Notes under the pieces: model-generated
What the model was told of the DNA's origin: nothing
The model's input: the letters and a program-made list of their open reading frames with translations, nothing else
Database searches by the model: none
Program-made: the position numbers and the translations under genes
In this document: one piece after another, positions 1 through 9,521 of the stretch
How the letters are laid out: every line of letters starts with the position of its first letter
Position numbering within the stretch: the first letter of the stretch is position 1
Origin: a bacterium
Lineage (GTDB): Bacteria; Cyanobacteriota; Vampirovibrionia; Obscuribacterales; JAKAZS01
DNA length: 64,000 nucleotides
Assembly (NCBI GenBank): GCA_021815785.1
Contig: JAKAZS010000002.1
Coordinates: 248 to 64,247, forward strand
Direction: 5' to 3'

Positions 1-200
1 ACTTAAGCGGGGTTAAATCTACTAAGCAACTTTCAAAAAAATCCTCGTAAGTTTTAGAACACTGAGGACAAATTTTCAAAACAATTAATCTCCATACCTC
101 ATAAACCTATTATATATTAAATAAAACTAATATTTAACAATTTCACAAAAAATTCCATACATATCTCTAAATTATAATCATAGCAAAATTAATGACATCA

Positions 201-1325
201 TCAAAAAAACTGCTCAATAACTAAATTACTAACCGGCAAAGCTTTTAGGGTAAGGGCAATATTATTTAGATCTTTTAACAAATAACCATTTTCTTCTAAT
301 TCAGCTATAGTTTTGGCATGATTAATTGCAAAATTATAATTAAATTTATCCGAAAATTCCTGTAAATTTATACCCTCTTTTAATCTTAATCCTAACATAA
401 TTAATTCTTTCAACTTGGTTTTAGGATCAATATATTCAACCGTTTCACAAGTCTCATAATTAGCCAGGTATTTACTTATACTTTTCCAATTGCTTTGACG
501 ATAATTATTTAAATATTGATAACTACTTATCCCAAAACCATAAAATTCACCTAATTGCCAATAATTTAAGTTATGGGTAGATTGATAATTTGGTTTAGCA
601 AAATTGGAAAGTTCATAACGGTCATATCCAAATTGACTAGCTATTTTATTAGCAAAAATATACATATTTACACTTATTTCATCGCTAGGATACAATGGAC
701 TATTTTTGCTATGTAATTTATAAAATGGTGAATTTTCCTCAAGCGTAAGTCCATAAAGTGAAAAATGGGTAAGATATGGATATTGTTTACTTAAATTCAT
801 AAGTTTGAAAAACGAAGTTTGAAAAGATTCATAAGTCTGACTAGGTAAACCGTACATTAAATCAATATTAATGTTTTTAAACCCGGCCAAATGAGCAATT
901 TCAATTCCTTGTTCAGCTTGCAAACTAGTATGGTCCCTATTTATAGCAATTAATTCACTATCATTAAATGTCTGAACGCCAATGGATAAGCGATTAAATC
1001 CCAAATTAATTAATTCTTTGGTTTTAGCCAAGTCAAGCGAATGAGGTGTTGATTCAAGTGAAATTTCAATATCCGGAGCAAAGCTAAACTTAGTTTTTAA
1101 AACCTGAAAAACTTTGGCTAAATTTTCAATACTGGTTAAACTTGGCGTTCCACCCCCAAAGAAAATCGAATTAACAACTTGGTTTTGCTTAACCTTAAAA
1201 TCAATTTCTTTAATTAAAACATCTATGTACTTATCTTCAAGCTTGGCTAAACCTTGAAAAGCCGCAAAGTCACAAAACGGACATTTATGAGTACAAAAAG
1301 GTATATGAATATATAATCCCAACAT
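201..1325 (-). CDS. hemW: Radical SAM heme chaperone HemW / HemN-like family protein
   Basis: ORF 201..1433 contains the radical-SAM CxxxCxxC box in 'IHIPFCTHKCPFCDF', 'FFGGGTPS', and a HemN_C-like tail. I moved the start to the ATG at 1325..1323 (MLGLYIHIPFC), because the 36 codons upstream read through a 19-bp tandem repeat and look non-coding. Confidence 0.85.
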   Translation of the reverse strand: MLGLYIHIPFCTHKCPFCDFAAFQGLAKLEDKYIDVLIKEIDFKVKQNQVVNSIFFGGGTPSLTSIENLAKVFQVLKTKFSFAPDIEISLESTPHSLDLAKTKELINLGFNRLSIGVQTFNDSELIAINRDHTSLQAEQGIEIAHLAGFKNINIDLMYGLPSQTYESFQTSFFKLMNLSKQYPYLTHFSLYGLTLEENSPFYKLHSKNSPLYPSDEISVNMYIFANKIASQFGYDRYELSNFAKPNYQSTHNLNYWQLGEFYGFGISSYQYLNNYRQSNWKSISKYLANYETCETVEYIDPKTKLKELIMLGLRLKEGINLQEFSDKFNYNFAINHAKTIAELEENGYLLKDLNNIALTLKALPVSNLVIEQFF

Positions 1326-1386
1326 GAATATATAATCCCAACATAAAGATATAATCCCAACATAAAGATATAATCTCAATATAAAT
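1311..1386. repeat. 19-bp tandem repeat, 3 good copies plus 1 degenerate copy, covering the hemW start codon
   Basis: Read directly: atataatcccaacatgaat / atataatcccaacataaag / atataatcccaacataaag / atataatctcaatataaat. On the minus strand each good copy contains ATGTTGGGATTATAT (M-L-G-L-Y). Confidence 0.9.
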
Positions 1387-1486
1387 AAATTAATTTTAAA
1401 TAGTTTATAATATTGAAACTCAAATAATATCATAAAGTCACCATATTATCCAGACTCCTTATTCTATCGGGAATTAAACTAAATTT

Positions 1487-3682
1487 ATGTCAAATCCGGT
1501 AAACCTAAACACTAAAATCGAAAGTATTACTGGTGAAATTGAAAGAGTAACTTACCATAATGAAAGTAACGGTTTTTGTGTATTACGCATTAAGGTTAAA
1601 GGTAATAAGGATTTAATTACGGTAACTGGAAATGCTGTCAATATTCATCCTGGTGAATATATTGAGGCCAATGGTTTCTGGCTGAATGATAAAAACTATG
1701 GTCTACAATTTAAAGCGACGAACCTTAAATTAATTTCACCCAATAACCTTAACGGTATTGAAAAATACTTGGGTTCAGGTTTAATTAAAGGCATAGGCCC
1801 ACATTTTGCTAAAGTTATGGTCAATCATTTTGGTCTTAACGTAATTGATATTATTGATACCAATCCTGAATTATTACTAGAATTACCTGGAATTGGCCAA
1901 AAGAGATTAGCCATTCTTACCCAATCTTGGCAAAATCAAAAAGCTATTCGTAAAATTATGTTGTTTCTTCAATCACATGGAGTTGGCACCGCTCGCGCCG
2001 TTAGAATTTTTAAAACCTATGGCGAAAACGCCATTGACATTGTTACCCAAAATCCCTATAAACTTGCCAAAGATATTTATGGTATTGGTTTTAAAACAGC
2101 TGATCTTATTGCTCAAAACATAGGCATTCCCAAAGATTCACTTATAAGAGCCCAGGCTGGTCTTAGTCACATTTTACAAGAAGCTTCTAATCAAGGTCAT
2201 ATTGCTTTAAGTAAAAACGATTTAATTGAATCGACCAATAAAGTCTTATCAATTTCACCAGATACCATAAATGTAGCCATAAACCAAGAAATTGAACTTA
2301 AGAACCTCGCATCTGAATTTATTGCTGAAATTGAATATATATTTCTATCTTCTTTATACAATGCTGAACAATCTTTAGCTAAGAATTTAAGTCAATTAAA
2401 TCAAAGTCATTTTGACTATCAAATCAATGCAGACTCTGCCATAGAATGGGTTGAATCAAAAAACAATATTAGCCTATCAGCCTCACAAAAACAGGCTGTA
2501 ATTGCAGCCTTTACCAATAAAATACTTATAATAACTGGTGGACCTGGTGTAGGGAAAACTACTATTGTAAACTGTATAATTCAAATACTTGCTCAGAAAA
2601 ATATCCATATTGCCTTAACAGCTCCAACTGGTAGGGCGGCTAAACGTCTAACTGAAACCACTAAACTTGAAGCTAAAACCATTCATCGCTTATTAGAATT
2701 TGATCCAAAAATAAATAATTTTAAAAAAAATAAAGATAATAAACTAGATCTTGATTTATTAATAGTTGATGAATCGTCGATGATTGATATTATCCTCATG
2801 AATAAATTAATTCATGCCTTACCCAGCCAAGCTCAATTAATTCTTATTGGTGATATTGATCAATTACCAGCAGTTGGTCCAGGTAATGTCTTAAATGATT
2901 TAATCAGTAGCAAATTAATTAAAACTATTCATTTAACTCAAATTTTTCGCCAGGCTGCTGCCTCACAAATTATTACTAATGCCCATTTAATTAATCAAGG
3001 GGAAATGATCAATACTAAATATCATAAAAATGATTTGACTGACTTTTACTTTATTGAAGGTAAAGATAATGCTGATATTATGGCTAAAGTAATTGAAGTA
3101 GTTAGTAAACGTATACCTAATAAATTTAAATTAGACAGTTTAAACGACATTCAAATTTTAACGCCAATGAATCGCGGCAGTTTAGGTTCTCGATCTTTAA
3201 ATATCGAATTACAAAAACACTTAAATCCTAATTCACATTGTCCTATTGAAAAATTTGGCCAACGTTTTGATATCAATGATAAAGTCATTCAACTCGTAAA
3301 TAATTATCAAAAAGAAGTATTCAACGGTGATATCGGAAAGATATACAGCATCGATAAAGAAGAGTCAATAATTCAAATTGACTTTGATGGTAAAATAGTC
3401 GAATATGAATTTACTGACTTAGATGAAATTAATCTAGCTTATGCAACTTCAATCCATAAGGCTCAAGGCAGTGAATATCCTTGTGTAGTTATTCCCTTAG
3501 CCATGCAACATTATACTATGCTCCAACGCAATTTAATTTATACAGCAATAACGCGCGGTAAAAAACTAGTAATTATTATTGGGGAATCCAAAGCCTTATA
3601 TATAGCCATAAAAAACAAATCCGCTTTAAATCGTTTTACGACTTTAACATACCGTTTAACTAAAAGTCTAAGGACTATCTAA
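1487..3682 (+). CDS. recD2: RecD2-type SF1 ATP-dependent DNA helicase
   Basis: 731 aa. Walker A is 'GGPGVGKTT' and Walker B is 'LLIVDESSM'. It has 'LILIGDIDQLPAVGPG', the C-terminal 'TSIHKAQGSEYPCVV' and 'YTAITRGKK' motifs, and an N-terminal OB/HhH-like region typical of RecD2. Confidence 0.9.
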   Translation: MSNPVNLNTKIESITGEIERVTYHNESNGFCVLRIKVKGNKDLITVTGNAVNIHPGEYIEANGFWLNDKNYGLQFKATNLKLISPNNLNGIEKYLGSGLIKGIGPHFAKVMVNHFGLNVIDIIDTNPELLLELPGIGQKRLAILTQSWQNQKAIRKIMLFLQSHGVGTARAVRIFKTYGENAIDIVTQNPYKLAKDIYGIGFKTADLIAQNIGIPKDSLIRAQAGLSHILQEASNQGHIALSKNDLIESTNKVLSISPDTINVAINQEIELKNLASEFIAEIEYIFLSSLYNAEQSLAKNLSQLNQSHFDYQINADSAIEWVESKNNISLSASQKQAVIAAFTNKILIITGGPGVGKTTIVNCIIQILAQKNIHIALTAPTGRAAKRLTETTKLEAKTIHRLLEFDPKINNFKKNKDNKLDLDLLIVDESSMIDIILMNKLIHALPSQAQLILIGDIDQLPAVGPGNVLNDLISSKLIKTIHLTQIFRQAAASQIITNAHLINQGEMINTKYHKNDLTDFYFIEGKDNADIMAKVIEVVSKRIPNKFKLDSLNDIQILTPMNRGSLGSRSLNIELQKHLNPNSHCPIEKFGQRFDINDKVIQLVNNYQKEVFNGDIGKIYSIDKEESIIQIDFDGKIVEYEFTDLDEINLAYATSIHKAQGSEYPCVVIPLAMQHYTMLQRNLIYTAITRGKKLVIIIGESKALYIAIKNKSALNRFTTLTYRLTKSLRTI

Positions 3683-4399
3683 AGCATCATTTAACATATT
3701 GGTTGTTTCATCACCCATTATTAAAGAAACGTCGGTCTTAGCCAACGTATAATCATGGGGAATTTTATAAAATTCATCCAGTTTACTATTAGCTAAATTA
3801 GAAATTTTAAAAGTATCCCAGTATGTAGAAAGATTAGTCTCATTACTACTGCGCCAAACTTCTAATTTAACCGGTATGCCAAGGTTGGCTATTTCACTAG
3901 GTAATTGAAATATGCCATGAAAAAAAACCTTGCAGGAAATCTTATTGACTAATTTAGGTGCATCGATTACATATAATTTTGCGATTTTAATTTTAGTATT
4001 TTTTTCAATTAAAGTATAAAGCCTAACCTTATGACCACTTATCGAATCATTACATTTTTCTAATCTTGCCATACAATTGTCAAAGCGAAAATGGTTAGGC
4101 GTTGAATTAAGCTTACGAAATTTTTTTTCCCATTCTTGATCATTATATTCCATAAATTTCTTTGTGCTGTAATTTAATAAATAAACATTCCATTTAGGGC
4201 TTAAAATAATAACTCTACTTTTTAATCTTTTAAAATCAACACTTACGCCTTGGGGCGAAACAATCAAATGACCTAGACCACCATTATCTGACTTAAATTG
4301 GAGAATTAAATTATCGAAATTAGTATTACTGCTTGCATAACTAATGGGCAAAAGTAAAACTAGACCTAAGAGAATTAATTTAATTTTAAGTTTAAACAT
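3668..4399 (-). CDS. Hypothetical secreted protein
   Basis: 243 aa ORF with the signal-peptide-like N-terminus 'MFKLKIKLILLGLVLLLPISYASS'. I recognised no family motif. Confidence 0.5.
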   Translation of the reverse strand: MFKLKIKLILLGLVLLLPISYASSNTNFDNLILQFKSDNGGLGHLIVSPQGVSVDFKRLKSRVIILSPKWNVYLLNYSTKKFMEYNDQEWEKKFRKLNSTPNHFRFDNCMARLEKCNDSISGHKVRLYTLIEKNTKIKIAKLYVIDAPKLVNKISCKVFFHGIFQLPSEIANLGIPVKLEVWRSSNETNLSTYWDTFKISNLANSKLDEFYKIPHDYTLAKTDVSLIMGDETTNMLNDALDSP

Positions 4400-4590
4400 C
4401 TATATTTTTTACCAATTATTCACGCAGAATTTATTAACTAATTTTATTATTCCCAATTATATGCCAATATATATTTAAGTTTTGTACTAAATTGTCAACA
4501 ATTAGATAAAATCTTTTAAATTATTATAGTCAAATAGCTTTAAAAGTTGTAATCTAGTATTTCTTAAGTTTTCAAAATACCAAATCATTC

Positions 4591-5844
4591 ATGTTGAATA
4601 AAACAAAAATAATTTTAACTATTACTTACCTTTGTTCTACCCTTATGCCCGTTAGTGGTCAAGGTTTACTTGGTAATACGGAAATTTTAAACAATAGCGA
4701 AGATTTAAAAGAATATAAAAACTGGTCTTTACCATTTAATGATAATATTGGTCAGCCAATTACCAAAATTAAACCTAAACACCAAAATATTAGTTTTAAA
4801 AAAAACAATACTAAACCTAATGTAAATAAAAAAGCCTTAAAAGGAGAAGTATCCCTTTGGGATGAGCCACAAATTATTGGTGAAACAATCGAACACCTTG
4901 TTGATATTAGTTATAGCCAATCAGCAAAATCGAAATTATTAGACGCTGAAGTAAACAATTTATCTTCTAAACATGAAAAGACCAAAGCCTTAACTAAAGA
5001 TAGCTTAAATTATATGGTTGGTTACAAAGGCTGTGGACCATCGGTTGATATGGGCAAATTACTTCTGGGTAAAGATCCAAAAACTAAAGATTTATACATT
5101 GCTAGTTTAAGACGACAACAATTCATTGATCAAACTCATGAAAATATTGTGGCATCACTTATGCAGATTTCCGAAGCCATGGGTATAAATGATGAATCAA
5201 GACAGAATAAACTTATTAACGATGGCCTGACCAAACTAAAAGCGCTAGTCGGTGAATCTGAAGCCTTAAATACCCTAAAAAAATTAAATGATTATTACAG
5301 CAACCTGGAAATCGATAAAAGTGTTTTTACTGAAACACCATGGGATTCAGGAGCTAGACAGGATAAACTTAAAGCAATTTTAACCGGAGCAGTTACTAGT
5401 GATCCAATTGTCAAACAGGTAAAACAACAGTTTGAACATTATGCTAATCCCGGCCTATTTAAACGTGGAGCCAATTCAACTATTCAAACATCGTTAAATG
5501 TAGCCAGTTTCTTTGCTCCAGGCTATGTAATCCCCGGTATCCTTCAAGCTGTTTTAACCGGTTTTGTGGCCTCAACTGGGGGGTCTGAACAAAAGAAAAT
5601 TCAAACAGAATTTTTACTCGACAAACGGATTCAAAGTCGGGTTATGGCTTTAAATAATGAGGCCAGTTTATCTTTAGATAATTATCGCTATGCCCAAGTA
5701 ACCCATAATGCCTGCCTTCTAACGTTTTCGCGTAGCGTGATTAGTTATTTATCCGCTACCCATTCAAAAGAAGTATTAACCAATTTATCCCAAGGCAATC
5801 CTAATCCAATCAAAACCATTGCCAAATCTAACGACTACAATTAA
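4591..5844 (+). CDS. Hypothetical secreted protein
   Basis: 417 aa ORF with a hydrophobic N-terminus ('IILTITYLCSTLMPVSG'). The coding-like composition is the only other evidence, and I recognised no family. Confidence 0.5.
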   Translation: MLNKTKIILTITYLCSTLMPVSGQGLLGNTEILNNSEDLKEYKNWSLPFNDNIGQPITKIKPKHQNISFKKNNTKPNVNKKALKGEVSLWDEPQIIGETIEHLVDISYSQSAKSKLLDAEVNNLSSKHEKTKALTKDSLNYMVGYKGCGPSVDMGKLLLGKDPKTKDLYIASLRRQQFIDQTHENIVASLMQISEAMGINDESRQNKLINDGLTKLKALVGESEALNTLKKLNDYYSNLEIDKSVFTETPWDSGARQDKLKAILTGAVTSDPIVKQVKQQFEHYANPGLFKRGANSTIQTSLNVASFFAPGYVIPGILQAVLTGFVASTGGSEQKKIQTEFLLDKRIQSRVMALNNEASLSLDNYRYAQVTHNACLLTFSRSVISYLSATHSKEVLTNLSQGNPNPIKTIAKSNDYN

Positions 5845-7211
5845 TTTAGCCCTGACATTTTATAGCCTAAATCTTTAAAAATATTCTGTAATTCTAAAAG
5901 ACAAGTATAAGTTGGTAAAATCCTTAAATTGCCTTTACCATTAGCTTGTTTAAAACCTTCGTCAATTGCTACTTTTAAATCAGGCAAACAGATAATTTTA
6001 GTTTTGTCAAAATTTGCATGTTTTAAGCGCACGGCCATATCGTATAAACGTTTACCGGAAACAATAATCTTATTTTGGTGGTGGTTTAATAATTCAAATT
6101 GTGTATCCCAAAGCCAGGATATATCTCGGCCATCAGCTAAATTATCATTGATAGCAATTATAATAATTTCGTCTGGCTTAATTGATGATAAGGCCAAACT
6201 AGCACCAGCTGGATTTTTAATTAACTGAATAATAATATTCTGATTATGTAAATGAATTATTTCGGACCGTCCAAACAAAGGTTTATATTTAAGCAACCCC
6301 TCAAGAGTTTTATCAATATTTAAATTCAAAGCATAAGATAGCGCCAAACACCCAGAAATGTTATAAGCATTAAATAATCCTGGCAAGCTGTATGTAAGCT
6401 TATATTCTTTTAAATCAATGATGGCTTTGGCTTGAACATCAATGCCTTTCGCTTCAAGACTAGCTATTATAACATCAGGAAGTGGTCGCTTATTATTGCA
6501 ATTAGGGCAATACCAATCACCTAACTGATTATAAAAAACCGAATGATAGGCAATTTCACAATTACACAATTTACAGTAGGCTAATTCGCGAGTCTGATTA
6601 CCTGTTTGTGAATTAACAATATTAGCTGAATCGAGGCCATAAAAAACTTTTTTATTGTCTCTAGCCTCAATTTGACAAACATTAGGATCATCAGCATTTA
6701 AAATCAAGGTGATTTGGGAATTAATAATACCTTTTTCAATTAATTTTTTAGTCGTATCTAATTCACCAAATCGATCTAATTGGTCACGAAATAAATTAGT
6801 TACGACAAGGTAATCAATCTGGCTTTGACTACTGACGTTTGGTAAAGTAGCCTCATCAATTTCTAATAATAAATAATCACAATCAATTTGACCAAATAAA
6901 TTACTGGCATTAATTAAAGTGGTAGTAAGACCAGTAATCAGATTAGCACCTTGTCGATTATGGACAACTTTAAAACCATTAGCCGTAAGGCAGTTGTATA
7001 TAAGTCCACTAGTAGTGCTTTTACCATTAGTACCACTAATAGCAATAATGGCTTTATCCTTACTTAATTTTTGAAACAAAGCTGGAGCCAGTTTTAAACT
7101 AACTTTTCCCGGTAAATTAGTCCCTTGAGAAATTTTGGTTAATTTAGTTAAAAAAATTAACGTCTTACCAATATATAAGGCTAGTTTTTCTAGATTATTT
7201 AAATTGTTCAT
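5841..7211 (-). CDS. murT: MurT-like Mur ligase family protein (lipid II isoglutaminyl synthase subunit)
   Basis: Mur-ligase P-loop 'ISGTNGKSTT'. The Cys4 ribbon 'CKLCNC...WYCPNC' and the DUF1727-like C-terminus are typical of MurT rather than MurC-F. The start overlaps the nadK stop by 17 nt. Confidence 0.75.
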   Translation of the reverse strand: MNNLNNLEKLALYIGKTLIFLTKLTKISQGTNLPGKVSLKLAPALFQKLSKDKAIIAISGTNGKSTTSGLIYNCLTANGFKVVHNRQGANLITGLTTTLINASNLFGQIDCDYLLLEIDEATLPNVSSQSQIDYLVVTNLFRDQLDRFGELDTTKKLIEKGIINSQITLILNADDPNVCQIEARDNKKVFYGLDSANIVNSQTGNQTRELAYCKLCNCEIAYHSVFYNQLGDWYCPNCNNKRPLPDVIIASLEAKGIDVQAKAIIDLKEYKLTYSLPGLFNAYNISGCLALSYALNLNIDKTLEGLLKYKPLFGRSEIIHLHNQNIIIQLIKNPAGASLALSSIKPDEIIIIAINDNLADGRDISWLWDTQFELLNHHQNKIIVSGKRLYDMAVRLKHANFDKTKIICLPDLKVAIDEGFKQANGKGNLRILPTYTCLLELQNIFKDLGYKMSGLN

Positions 7212-8094
7212 TTACATTTTTATCAATAAAAGCAAATAAAAATTTAGAACTTGGTCGAACCATCACTTCATCACCTAAATTAAAATCAAAACTTAAATGA
7301 GGACCATCAATAAATGCTTTAGCCTGTCGCATTTTTGATACAATTTTGACACAACTAAGTTTATTTAAAATTCCTTTTTGGTATTTAAAAACTTCATTCG
7401 GGCGCAAACCTGGCTCGCGCACCAAATACTGAAAATTATCAGTATATATTGGCATAACCTGTCCTAACGCAGCTTTTAAAGTGCCAGTCGAACCGGCTGG
7501 AGTGGCAATAATTATTCCTGACGAACGCTGTTCTTCAAAATCAGCATTAATACTAATTAAATAACGGCTAGTAGCTGCAGGATTGGGATGGGTTAATAAT
7601 ACTTCATTCAAGATTAAATCATTTTGACTAATATTATTAATCAACAATTCCAAGCGTAATATGGCGATTGGATGAATATTATCATTTTCGATTGATTCTA
7701 AATAATGTTTAAAATTATGCCCTTGGGCTAGGCAAAAATGGCCAAAACTTGATGAAGTAGATGAATTAACACCAAGAATCGGAATCTTACCTTGAATAAA
7801 ATGACTGGCATCCAGCAATGTACCATCACCACCAACAGTAATGACTAAATCAACGTCGGTAATTTTATGGGTAATTTTAGATCTATCCTTAATGACATAG
7901 CTTATCCCTTTATCATCCAATATCTGAGTAATTAAATTCAAACTTGCTTTATGTTCTTCATGTGCCTGAACAACCTTTTTAATACTTTCATGATTATTTT
8001 GAATCAATGCTAAGAACTTACTTTCTTGATGTTCAAGTGCTTGAATTTCGTAAGTTGATTTTTTGCGGACAAGCAAAACCTTACTTATTTTCAT
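7195..8094 (-). CDS. nadK: NAD(+) kinase
   Basis: 'VITVGGDGTLL' (GGDG motif) and 'IIATPAGSTG', with typical length (299 aa). Confidence 0.85.
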   Translation of the reverse strand: MKISKVLLVRKKSTYEIQALEHQESKFLALIQNNHESIKKVVQAHEEHKASLNLITQILDDKGISYVIKDRSKITHKITDVDLVITVGGDGTLLDASHFIQGKIPILGVNSSTSSSFGHFCLAQGHNFKHYLESIENDNIHPIAILRLELLINNISQNDLILNEVLLTHPNPAATSRYLISINADFEEQRSSGIIIATPAGSTGTLKAALGQVMPIYTDNFQYLVREPGLRPNEVFKYQKGILNKLSCVKIVSKMRQAKAFIDGPHLSFDFNLGDEVMVRPSSKFLFAFIDKNVNEQFK

Positions 8095-8214
8095 AAAATC
8101 CTAACCTAAAAATAATTATTATTTCTAGGTTAGCAAATATTCTTAAGCTAGAAACAAAAGTTTATGATTTATAAAGAATATTATTAACAATTTTTTTAGC
8201 AATATTAAATAATT

Positions 8215-8721
8215 TTAAGCCGCAATAGCTAAACGGTCAGATTTAATTACGCTGTTAACTCTGATATCAATGACTGGAGCTAATTTAGCGAAACTATCTT
8301 GATCAATGTGGATTTCAAACTGACTCATACCAATGCGAATAATGTCACCAGCTTTTAATTCCATTTTTGCTTTTAGATATTTACCATTAACATAAGTGCC
8401 ATTTTTGCTGTTAATGTCTTCAATATAATACTTATTGTCAACAACGGTAATTTGCGCATGATGTCTGGAAACAGAACTATCATTAAGAATGACTTGGTTG
8501 TCTTCGTCACGGCCAATATTAATGCGAAAACCATATAATAAAACTTCATCTTCACTTTTAAGATTTTTTAAAAAAGCTTGTTGCGAATTTTCTTCATGAG
8601 TATAATCATCAATATCAAAATCACTAGGGCTAATAAATTTACAATAGTCACAAGTACAAGTATTGGCGTCAATATCTATAGTTTGGGTAGTTAAATGATT
8701 AACTAATAAATTCATTGTCAT
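8215..8721 (-). CDS. FHA domain-containing protein
   Basis: C-terminal FHA signature 'IGRDEDNQVILNDSSVSRHHAQI...SKNGTYVNG'. The N-terminus is Cys-rich ('CTCDYCKF'). Confidence 0.8.
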   Translation of the reverse strand: MTMNLLVNHLTTQTIDIDANTCTCDYCKFISPSDFDIDDYTHEENSQQAFLKNLKSEDEVLLYGFRINIGRDEDNQVILNDSSVSRHHAQITVVDNKYYIEDINSKNGTYVNGKYLKAKMELKAGDIIRIGMSQFEIHIDQDSFAKLAPVIDIRVNSVIKSDRLAIAA

Positions 8722-8858
8722 AGTTATAACTCCTTTCCTTCGTCTAAAATTGTAAACTTGCTTAGCCCTTAAGATACTTTTATCTTATCTAACTTCAATA
8801 CAATTTCAAAGCCCATAAAGAGTGAAATAAACAGGTTAAATATTTCCTCTAGCTTTTA

Positions 8859-8884
8859 TGTAACACTAACACTTTAGTGTTACA
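8859..8884. promoter_or_regulatory. Perfect 11-bp inverted repeat (tgtaacactaa-cact-ttagtgttaca)
   Basis: Read directly in the divergent FHA <> TPR/ilvE intergenic region. The arms are exact reverse complements with a 4-nt spacer. Confidence 0.5.
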
Positions 8885-8903
8885 CATTCAGGATATGATT
8901 AAC

Positions 8904-8948
8904 CTTAAATTGCCTAACTTTAATTCTCGAAGAGTTAAGCAAATTAAG
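8904..8948. promoter_or_regulatory. Imperfect 18-bp inverted repeat / hairpin with a 9-nt loop
   Basis: cttaaattgcctaacttt - aattctcga - agagttaagcaaattaag. Of 18 positions, 15 are Watson-Crick pairs, 1 is G-U and 2 are mismatches. Confidence 0.4.
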
Positions 8949-9047
8949 TTTAAGCTTTAATTATACAAACTTTTATTATTTCATACTATAATTAGGCTTA
9001 TAACGCTAATTGGTAATTAAATTATTTAATGCTTTGGAGACCATAAC

Positions 9048-9521
9048 TTGATTTACCTTAAAATATTTTTAGCAATTCTTCTTTTCCTTGGTTTAAATAT
9101 AACTAAAACTGATTCAGCGCCAAGCAATCAAAAATTCTTAAAAAAAGTTAACGCTGGTTATCAAGAGCTAAATCAAGGCGAGCTTACTACAGCGACCCAT
9201 ATTTTTGAGGCGCTTATTGCTACTTATCCTGAAAAATATGAGCCTCATCTTGGCTTAGCTAAAGTTTATCTCGAAAATAATGATTACCCATTAGCTCAAA
9301 AAGAACTAATAACCACGCTTAAAGATAATCCTAAATGTTCGGAAGCAGTGTATGATTTAGCTAATATTTATGAAAGTAATCAGGAATGGCAAAAAGCCAT
9401 AAATGAATTTCAAATTTATCTAAATCTTGAACCCGAAAAATCTAAGGAAAAATATATTGCCTTAAGAATTAAATATCTTAAAGACAACCTAACTAAAGCT
9501 AATCAGGAGAAAAATAATTGA
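9048..9521 (+). CDS. TPR repeat protein, secreted
   Basis: TTG start with GGAGA 8 nt upstream and a signal-like N-terminus. TPR-like helices are present ('HLGLAKVYLENNDYPLAQKEL', 'AVYDLANIYESNQEWQKAINEF'). The stop overlaps the ilvE start (TTGA). Confidence 0.6.
   Translation: MIYLKIFLAILLFLGLNITKTDSAPSNQKFLKKVNAGYQELNQGELTTATHIFEALIATYPEKYEPHLGLAKVYLENNDYPLAQKELITTLKDNPKCSEAVYDLANIYESNQEWQKAINEFQIYLNLEPEKSKEKYIALRIKYLKDNLTKANQEKNN

Noticed and set aside
1326-1433. A 36-codon N-terminal extension of the hemW ORF ('MILFEFQYYKLFKINLFILRLYLYVGIISLCWDYIF').
   Set aside because: It reads through the 19-bp tandem repeat and AT-rich upstream DNA. The conserved radical-SAM N-terminus begins at MLGLYIHIPFC (ATG at 1325).
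5929-6228. Nested or antisense ORFs inside well-supported genes. They are 5929..6228, 8373..8555, 10474..10674, 13611..13826, 14804..15007, 16037..16273, 21693..21884, 21936..22118, 23807..24217, 24336..24617, 24618..24917 and 25503..25736. The list continues with 26071..26274, 27591..27797, 28975..29199, 31536..31730, 33324..33575, 37783..37977, 38445..38657, 39978..40190, 40861..41061, 41068..41250, 41494..41886, 44281..44535 and 46542..46754.
   Set aside because: Each lies within or antisense to a longer ORF with clear family motifs, or spans an intergenic promoter region. They are short with low-complexity products and no independent signals.
8895-8960. A 21-codon ORF spanning the 8904-8948 hairpin, considered as a possible branched-chain amino-acid leader peptide for ilvE.
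   Set aside because: It has no run of Ile/Leu/Val codons and no obvious alternative anti-terminator pairing. A TPR gene, not ilvE, is the first downstream gene.
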